DNA of 64,000 nucleotides, taken from assembly GCA_044221725.1 (NCBI GenBank), contig JBGAON010000002.1:384001-448000 (forward strand), given 5' to 3'. Numbering within the stretch: the stretch's first letter is position 1; every line of letters begins with the position of its first letter. Below the pieces are notes generated by a model that saw only the letters and a list, made by a program, of their open reading frames with translations, did not search any database and was not told the DNA's origin. Both the position numbers and the translations under genes were made by a program. Positions 57,508-64,000 of this stretch are shown piece by piece. The DNA comes from Elusimicrobiota bacterium (GTDB lineage Bacteria; Elusimicrobiota; Elusimicrobia; F11).

Positions 57508-58410
57508 ATGGACATTCTCGATCAGCTCGAACAACAAAGTGTTTATATTCTTCGCGAGGCGTTCCGACACTTCGAACGCCTCTGTATGCTTTGGTCCATT
57601 GGCAAGGATTCCACGGTGCTTCTTTGGCTTGCACGCAAGGCATTTTTCGGACATGTTCCGTTTCCGTTGGTTCACATCGACACCAGCTACAAAATTCCCG
57701 AAATGATCCAATATCGCGACAAGCTCGCGATGGAATACAAACTCACAATGGTTGTGGGCCAAAATGAGGAAATTCTTAAAGCCGGTAAAACCTTCCCATT
57801 GACACAACACCTGCCCGAAGGTCACCCCGATAAAATCAGTCGACTCCAATGTTGCGGGTTCTTAAAAAAAGATGCGCTGACGAACACGTTGAATGGTTCG
57901 TGGCCGCGAAAGCGTCTCAATCTCAAAAGCGGTAAATACGAATTGGATCCGGACAAACAACCGTACCACGGTGTTATCGTGGGCGCGCGTGCCGATGAAG
58001 AAGGAAGCCGGTCAAAGGAGCGTTATTTTTCACCGCGCGACAAAAACAATCTATGGGATATTGGCGAACAGCCGCCCGAATTTTGGAATCAGTTTAAAAC
58101 CGATTTCGCACCCGGAACGCACGTACGAATTCACCCGCTGTTGGATTGGACCGAGCTCCACATCTGGGAATACATCAAACGCGAAAATATTCCGACGGTG
58201 TCCTTGTATTACGACCAGGGCAATGGCACGCGTTACCGCAGCTTGGGTTGCGCGCCGTGCCAGGCTCCCATTGAGAGCAAAGCAAAGAATGTGGACGACA
58301 TCATCGCCGAACTTAAAAGCGGAAAACTGAAAAATATCGCCGAGCGTTCGGGTCGGCTGCAAGATGGCAAGCACGGGTTGGAAGAGCTGCGCCGCGAAGG
58401 GTACATGTGA
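57508..58410 (+). CDS. cysD: Sulfate adenylyltransferase subunit 2
   Basis: [28 protein letters not shown] and C-terminal REGYM motifs. Confidence 0.95.
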   Translation: MDILDQLEQQSVYILREAFRHFERLCMLWSIGKDSTVLLWLARKAFFGHVPFPLVHIDTSYKIPEMIQYRDKLAMEYKLTMVVGQNEEILKAGKTFPLTQHLPEGHPDKISRLQCCGFLKKDALTNTLNGSWPRKRLNLKSGKYELDPDKQPYHGVIVGARADEEGSRSKERYFSPRDKNNLWDIGEQPPEFWNQFKTDFAPGTHVRIHPLLDWTELHIWEYIKRENIPTVSLYYDQGNGTRYRSLGCAPCQAPIESKAKNVDDIIAELKSGKLKNIAERSGRLQDGKHGLEELRREGYM

Positions 58411-60191
58411 AGGCCCAAATGAACATCGTGATCGTTGGGCACGTCGACCACGGAAAAAGCACGGTGGTTGGGCGGCTTTTGGCCGATACCGGTTCGTTGC
58501 CGGAAGGAAAGCTCGAAGCCGTCCGGAAAGAATGCGAGCGAACCGGAAAACCGTTTGAGTACGCGTTCTTGTTGGACGCTCTGTCCGACGAGCAAGACCA
58601 AGGTATCACAATCGACACGGCGCGTTCGTTTTTCAAAACGGCGAAACGCGATTACATCATCATTGATGCGCCGGGTCACATTGAATTCCTAAAGAACATG
58701 ATCTCCGGTGCCGCGCGCGCCGAGGCCGCTGCGCTCATCATTGACGCGAAGGAAGGCGTTCGGGAAAACAGTCGTCGCCACGGTTATATTCTTTCAATGC
58801 TCGGTATCAAACAGGTTGTCGTCTGCGTGAACAAAATGGATCTCGTGGACCGGAGCGAGGCGCACTTTAAGAACATTGAAAAAGAGTACCGTGAGTTCCT
58901 GGCGTCCATTGGTGCGGTGAGCCCGAAACATTTTATTCCGGTGTCAGCGGTCAACGGCGAAAACCTGGCGCAGCGCAGCACGAAAATGTCGTGGTACAAA
59001 GGCCCCACATTGCTGGAATCGTTGGACGAGTTTGAAAAAGCGCCGCCAAAAAGTGATCGCGCTTTGCGCATGCCGGTGCAAGCGGTTTACAAATTTGTGA
59101 GCGAAGGCGATGACCGTCGCATTATCGCGGGCCGTATCGAATCGGGACGCGCCAAGGTCGGAGACAAAGTGGTGTTCCTGCCCTCCAACAAAAGCAGCGT
59201 TATTCGAACAATCGAGGGTTTTAATACGTCGCCGCGAAAGGAAATTGAAGCAGGTTGGTCGACGGGTTTTACGTTGAATGAAGAAATATATATCACGCGT
59301 GGCGAAATCATGAGCCTCGAGTCCAGTGCGCCCCACGTCAGCACGCGCTTTCGCACCAATTTGATTTGGCTCGGCAAAAAACCGTTTGCACCAAAAAAAG
59401 ACTACAAACTGAAAATTCATACCCAGGCCGTGCCGGTTCAGATCAGCAAGATCAAAAAGGTGATCGACGCTTCCGAGGCGGGCAGCGCGTTGGACAAAAA
59501 CTTTGTCGGTCGCCACGACGTGGCCGATGTTGTTCTCGAAACCCGACAGCCGATTGCGTTTGACACGATTTCGGAAGCGGAATCGACGGGCCGCTTTGTT
59601 ATTGTGGACGGCTACGATATTGCGGGCGGTGGGATTATCACGGCGCCTGAGAAAGATGAGCAAGACGAATTCCGTGCCGAAGCGCGTCGGCGAGACTTTC
59701 ATTGGATTCGAGGTGCCGTTTCACGATCCGCACGTGCCGAAAAGTTTGGCCATCAAGCGGCACTTGTGATGTTTGTGGGGAAAGCGGGTGTCGGCAAACA
59801 TCGATTTGCGGGGGCGGTTGAGAAATCATTGTTCGATCGAGGCATGTCATCTTATCTGTTGGACGGCACAAACGTGTTGCTTGGTGTGGACGCTGATTTG
59901 GTTTGGGTCGAATCAACGCAACACGAATTGGTTCGCCGTTTTGCCGAAGTTGTGCATATTCTTCTGGACGCGGGGCACCTGGTTGTTTCGACGACCAATT
60001 CCATTGGGCTTGCTGACCTCGCGGCCGTTCAAGCGCTTATTCCTGATTTCCCAGTGATTGCGGTGGAAATCGATCCGTCCGGATCAACGATTCAACAGAG
60101 CGATTTGCGTTTAAGTGGGAAGGAACAGGAAACAGACGTGGTAAAAAAAGTGTCCGACATTCTCGTTAAGCGCCAGATTGTCAATTCTTAA
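58407..60191 (+). CDS. cysN: Sulfate adenylyltransferase subunit 1 fused to a degenerate APS-kinase-like domain
   Basis: [24 protein letters not shown] and TGRFVIVD motifs; C-terminal GKAGVGKH and LDGTNV. Confidence 0.92.
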   Translation: MKAQMNIVIVGHVDHGKSTVVGRLLADTGSLPEGKLEAVRKECERTGKPFEYAFLLDALSDEQDQGITIDTARSFFKTAKRDYIIIDAPGHIEFLKNMISGAARAEAAALIIDAKEGVRENSRRHGYILSMLGIKQVVVCVNKMDLVDRSEAHFKNIEKEYREFLASIGAVSPKHFIPVSAVNGENLAQRSTKMSWYKGPTLLESLDEFEKAPPKSDRALRMPVQAVYKFVSEGDDRRIIAGRIESGRAKVGDKVVFLPSNKSSVIRTIEGFNTSPRKEIEAGWSTGFTLNEEIYITRGEIMSLESSAPHVSTRFRTNLIWLGKKPFAPKKDYKLKIHTQAVPVQISKIKKVIDASEAGSALDKNFVGRHDVADVVLETRQPIAFDTISEAESTGRFVIVDGYDIAGGGIITAPEKDEQDEFRAEARRRDFHWIRGAVSRSARAEKFGHQAALVMFVGKAGVGKHRFAGAVEKSLFDRGMSSYLLDGTNVLLGVDADLVWVESTQHELVRRFAEVVHILLDAGHLVVSTTNSIGLADLAAVQALIPDFPVIAVEIDPSGSTIQQSDLRLSGKEQETDVVKKVSDILVKRQIVNS

Positions 60192-62452
60192 ATTTTCTTC
60201 CGAAAAAATTTCATCAACCATCCTTTAAATCCACCCGGGTGCAGCGTGCAAAATACGGTGGGCTCTGTGCCGGTGACAAAGATTTCTTCTTTCTGATTGG
60301 GACAGCCGCTGCGTGCCAAAAGCCCGGACGCCGGATCAATCTTTACTGTTGTGACGCCGGCCGGTTTTTCAAAATCGGCCGGTACGCGGTCGCCGTAATA
60401 ATTCTTCATGAACGATACCCATACGGGCAACGCATTTTTTGTACCGGACAAATGCGCAGCGCGAGCTTCATCGTCACCGACCCAAACGCCAGCAAGAAGG
60501 TCCGCTGTGTAACCAATAAACCACGCGTCGCGACCCGCGTTTGTTGTTCCGGTTTTGCCCGCGCTTGTACCGCTCCAGCCCAGCTCTTTCGCGGTTTTCG
60601 CGGTTCCGTCGGTGACGGTTGTTTGCAACAGCGACGTCACGAGGTAGGAGAGGGCTGGTTCCAATACTTGCTGCCGTTCGCTTGTGTTTCTTTCCAGCAC
60701 ATTGTTTTCATAGTCAGCGACCGCGGTCACGAGATAAGGATTCACGTGGAATCCGCCGTTGGCAAACGCCGCGTACGCCGACGTCAGTTCAAATGGAGTT
60801 ACTTCGGACGCGCCCAGCGCAAGTGCGAGACTGTTTTCGAGAGGAGACTCAATGCCAACGCGTGTTGCAAATTTGACGACGTTGTGCGTGCCGAGCTTTT
60901 GAGCGAGGTCCAGCGATGCGCCGTTCATCGAATGGGCCAACGCATCCCGCAAAGTCACGGCTCCTCGGTAAACGCCGTCAAAATTCCGAGGGGCCCAAAC
61001 TTTTTTTCCTGTGCGATAAGCGCGCGGTTGATCTTGCAGAAGTGACGCTGGAGTGAAACCGTTTTCGAGAGCCGCCCCGTAAAGAAAAGGTTTAAACGCA
61101 CTGCCCGGTTGGCGGCGAGCTTGCGTGGCGCGATTAAACTGACTTTCTTTAAAATTTTTTCCACCGACCAACGCGGCAACCGCACCCGTGCGCGGATCGA
61201 GCACGACGACGGCCGCTTGATTCTTTTGCGTTTTGACGGCGGTCTGGGCCAGGCGCTGCGCGCGCGGATCCAGGGTCGAATAAATCTTTAGCCCATAGCG
61301 AAACAACACATCCTCACTAAAGTGAGGCACAAGTTGACGGATGACTTCGGCCACGAAGTAATCGTTGTTGTTCGCGGTTTCCGGCCCGGGCGTTGTTTTT
61401 CGATTTCGAACGATAACCGGCAATGAGCTGGCTTTTACGTATTCGGGCTCGGTGAGAAAGGTTTCATCCATCATGACGCGCAACACGGTGTCGCGGCGTT
61501 CGCGCGCCGCGCGAATATTTTGAAACGGGTTGTAGCGGTAGGGCGACCGGATAATTCCAGCCAGGAGAGCCGATTCGGACACGTCCAGGTTTTTGAGTGG
61601 TTTGCCAAAATAATAATCGGCGGCCGCTTTTACGCCGGCGATGCTCACGGCGCCATCCTGCCCCATATAAATCTGATTGAGGTACAGAGTGAGAATTCGT
61701 TCTTTCGAAAATCGGAAGTTTAGGTACACGGCAAAAGCGGCTTCCATAAGTTTTCTTTGCAACGTGCGTTCTTGGGTGAGGAAAAAATTCTTTGCCAGCT
61801 GCTGCGTGATCGTGCTTCCGCCTTGCAAATTCTTTCGGTGGCGCAGGTTGTACCACGCGGCACGCAAAATGGCGCGGAAGTCGAGCCCGTTGTGCTTATA
61901 GAAACGCCGGTCTTCGACCGCCACGACGGCATCCAAAAGCGATTGGGGAAAATCGGTCCACGCGGCCGGTTCGCGACGCACTTTTTGCGGACCGGAGAGT
62001 TCCGCGACGACCTCCGGTTCGAGTGACACCTGGTCCAACACGTTCCCGTTTCCATCGGTCAGCGTCCAGTGGTTGTCGGATTCTCGGGTGAGTGAAATGA
62101 CGATGGGTGTTTGCACGAGCGACGGTGTTTGGAAGCCGCGCAACGCGATTTTGATCGAAGAGGAATTCACGTCAAACGAACCCAGAGCGAGCGGCGTGGC
62201 GTTCGTCGCCCGATAATCGAGTTCTTTCAAACGCTCCAACAGCTCCGAGGTTGACACGCTGTCGTGGTTGCGAATCGTCCAGGCCGATGAATAAATTTTC
62301 GTTGGGAAACGATCGCCCAGTCCGCCCGGAACCAATTTCGCGAGCCGGTATTCGGAATACAATACGACACTCACCATGCCAGTGGTGGCAAGCATTAACA
62401 GAACGAGAGCGCCAATAACAAACTTGTTTCGGAAAACTTTTTTTCGGAACAA
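60188..62452 (-). CDS. Class A penicillin-binding protein (PBP1b-like, with UB2H-like region)
   Basis: GT51 motifs EDRRFYKH and [12 protein letters not shown]; transpeptidase SAFK, SMN and KTG motifs. Confidence 0.95.
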   Translation of the reverse strand: MFRKKVFRNKFVIGALVLLMLATTGMVSVVLYSEYRLAKLVPGGLGDRFPTKIYSSAWTIRNHDSVSTSELLERLKELDYRATNATPLALGSFDVNSSSIKIALRGFQTPSLVQTPIVISLTRESDNHWTLTDGNGNVLDQVSLEPEVVAELSGPQKVRREPAAWTDFPQSLLDAVVAVEDRRFYKHNGLDFRAILRAAWYNLRHRKNLQGGSTITQQLAKNFFLTQERTLQRKLMEAAFAVYLNFRFSKERILTLYLNQIYMGQDGAVSIAGVKAAADYYFGKPLKNLDVSESALLAGIIRSPYRYNPFQNIRAARERRDTVLRVMMDETFLTEPEYVKASSLPVIVRNRKTTPGPETANNNDYFVAEVIRQLVPHFSEDVLFRYGLKIYSTLDPRAQRLAQTAVKTQKNQAAVVVLDPRTGAVAALVGGKNFKESQFNRATQARRQPGSAFKPFLYGAALENGFTPASLLQDQPRAYRTGKKVWAPRNFDGVYRGAVTLRDALAHSMNGASLDLAQKLGTHNVVKFATRVGIESPLENSLALALGASEVTPFELTSAYAAFANGGFHVNPYLVTAVADYENNVLERNTSERQQVLEPALSYLVTSLLQTTVTDGTAKTAKELGWSGTSAGKTGTTNAGRDAWFIGYTADLLAGVWVGDDEARAAHLSGTKNALPVWVSFMKNYYGDRVPADFEKPAGVTTVKIDPASGLLARSGCPNQKEEIFVTGTEPTVFCTLHPGGFKGWLMKFFRKKI

Positions 62453-62555
62453 AACCTAAATTCCTCTGGAAAATTCAATCATTTTCCACCACCTTTGTTA
62501 TGCAATTTCAAAATGCTAAGAACCATTACCTTGTGAGGATCGGAGCCCGATAGCA

Positions 62556-62954
62556 ATGAGACGCAGTTTTATTACGCATCCGCGTTACCAAATTGGTTTT
62601 GTGTTGGCGTTTGTGCGCGGTGTGTTGGTCGCCATGGCAATTCCAGGATTCATGCTTTTCTTTACGCTTTATCTCCTCGCACAGGATCCATCGCTAACCT
62701 TTTATCAAAAGGCCATTTTACTCGAGGGTAGCAATCGCATGGTGATGATTTTTTTCAAGTGTGCGACTGTGACGGCCGGCGTTTTTGCATTGATCGCTGC
62801 CTATCTGTCCTACAAGTACGCGGGACCGATTCGACGGATCGAAGACTGGCTCGTGCAATATGTTACGCACGCATTTGCGCATCCGTTAACGCTGCGACCG
62901 CGGGATGAGTTGTCGACGGTAGCGAAGTTGTTAAACCGAATTCTAGAGAGATAG
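62556..62954 (+). CDS. Small 2-TM protein with C-terminal HAMP-like domain
   Basis: RRSFITHPRYQ N-terminus, 2 TM, SYKYAGPIRRIEDWL..LRPRDEL. Confidence 0.7.
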   Translation: MRRSFITHPRYQIGFVLAFVRGVLVAMAIPGFMLFFTLYLLAQDPSLTFYQKAILLEGSNRMVMIFFKCATVTAGVFALIAAYLSYKYAGPIRRIEDWLVQYVTHAFAHPLTLRPRDELSTVAKLLNRILER

Positions 62955-62958
62955 AATC

Positions 62959-63390
62959 ATGCAATCACGTTTAATTTATCATCCGCTGCTCAAACACCAA
63001 CGAAGCTTCTCAATATTTGTCCTCTATTTCGTCGCGGTAACAGCGACCGTTGGTATTCTCGTGCGTCATTTGTTATCCGCAGTGAATCTGGCCGGGATTA
63101 GCTTGAGTCTTTTCCCGACAGATAATAATCCGGTGCTCGTCATTCTGTTATCGCCTTACTTTCATCTTGCGCTCGCGCTTTTTTCGATTGCCGTTGGCGC
63201 TGGTATAACGTCAACTTATATCGTCGGGCACATCCGCCGAATTGAGGATTGGTTACGCGATTGGGACGCGGGTATGGAAGTAAAACCGTTTAAGCAGCGC
63301 GCTGGCGATGTGGCCTATGAAAATATCATCGTGATGATGAATCAGCTGTACGAGAAGTCCAGAGAAAAGAAACGACGGCCGAAGAAGTAA
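62959..63390 (+). CDS. Small 2-TM protein with HAMP-like domain (paralog of the previous gene)
   Basis: SRLIYHPLLKHQ, 2 TM, STYIVGHIRRIEDWL..RAGD. Confidence 0.65.
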   Translation: MQSRLIYHPLLKHQRSFSIFVLYFVAVTATVGILVRHLLSAVNLAGISLSLFPTDNNPVLVILLSPYFHLALALFSIAVGAGITSTYIVGHIRRIEDWLRDWDAGMEVKPFKQRAGDVAYENIIVMMNQLYEKSREKKRRPKK

Positions 63391-63396
63391 CCTTTC

Positions 63397-64000
63397 TTGA
63401 ATCGACGTCATAGCGCTGTTTCACTATTATCTATCGTTGTCGGTTTGGGATTCCTGGTCGTTTATTTGCTCACCACAAACCAAATTTTCTCGTTTGATGC
63501 GATCACAAATGCGATCGCTTGTGAGACAAACGAGCCCATCCGCTGGTTTCATTCGAATCATCCTCTTTATCCATTCCTAGGTGTTGTGTGGTATCGCGTC
63601 GAGCGGTTCTTCGGTTTTACCGGATACTCCGTTTATTCACTGGCCCGGTTAAACTCGCTTTTAATGGCCAGCGCGCTGGCGCTGTGCGCCTTTTCACTTG
63701 GAAAGAGATTAAAAATGTTTCCGATGGTGGCGGTTTTCCTCGGCACGACATTCGGGGTGTGGAATTACGCTGTTGATGGAAGAGCCATCGGTGCATCGGT
63801 TTTCTTCTCGGCCGTCGTCATTTCGTACCTGTTACGCATCGGCGAACAAGAAGAAATTTCGGCTGCAGAGGCCGCGCTTCTCGGGATATTTTCCAGTGTC
63901 ACTATTCTCGTGCACGGAATGAATGTGTTCCACCTTTTTCCGATTGTCGTTTGGCTGAGAACCGCCAAGAAAAATAAGAAAGCAAGTTTCGTTTATCTGG
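63397..64000 (+). CDS. Partial polytopic GT-C-like membrane protein (runs off the window; absent from the ORF track)
   Basis: Open frame from TTG 63397: MNRRHSAVSLLSIVVGLGFLVVYLLTTNQIFSFDAIT...NHPLYPFLG with several further TM helices. Confidence 0.65.
   Translation, partial: MNRRHSAVSLLSIVVGLGFLVVYLLTTNQIFSFDAITNAIACETNEPIRWFHSNHPLYPFLGVVWYRVERFFGFTGYSVYSLARLNSLLMASALALCAFSLGKRLKMFPMVAVFLGTTFGVWNYAVDGRAIGASVFFSAVVISYLLRIGEQEEISAAEAALLGIFSSVTILVHGMNVFHLFPIVVWLRTAKKNKKASFVYL

Overview
Gene-dense chromosomal segment of a diderm (LPS-type) bacterium. Lineage is most plausibly Elusimicrobiota; this is an inference from recalled protein styles (divergent L20 N-terminus, HhH-less UvrC, 2TM-HAMP mini-proteins) and was not verified. 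1-18.9 kb is an accessory envelope region: a secreted amidohydrolase, several outer-membrane beta-barrels, a SYLF lipoprotein, MscS, two Cys-rich repeat proteins, a patatin-barrel fusion, a PLD lipoprotein, an AsmA-like protein and an RRM protein. 19-44 kb is housekeeping backbone: tRNA-Val, thrS, infC-rpmI-rplT-pheST, zapBA-rarA-ygfA-dxs-tlyA, leuS-lptE-holA, rpsT, murJ, uvrC, ogt and csp, interrupted by small inserts (pldA+OmpA, glpD-like+porin, Ig-domain gene). 44-64 kb holds tRNA-Asn, a KaiC-like ATPase plus kinase, a ClC-CBS protein, ndh, a DEAD-box helicase, GT-C-type membrane proteins, a GGDEF protein, cysDN and a class A PBP. I saw no CRISPR array, rRNA, integrase or transposase. The best non-coding signals are an ANTAR-type dual-hexaloop/terminator leader on a porin gene, an AUC start for infC, a probable CTG/ATT start for tlyA, a multi-hairpin RNA between rpmI and rplT, and recurring leaderless-type promoters. 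Family assignments come from motif recognition only; no database searches were run.
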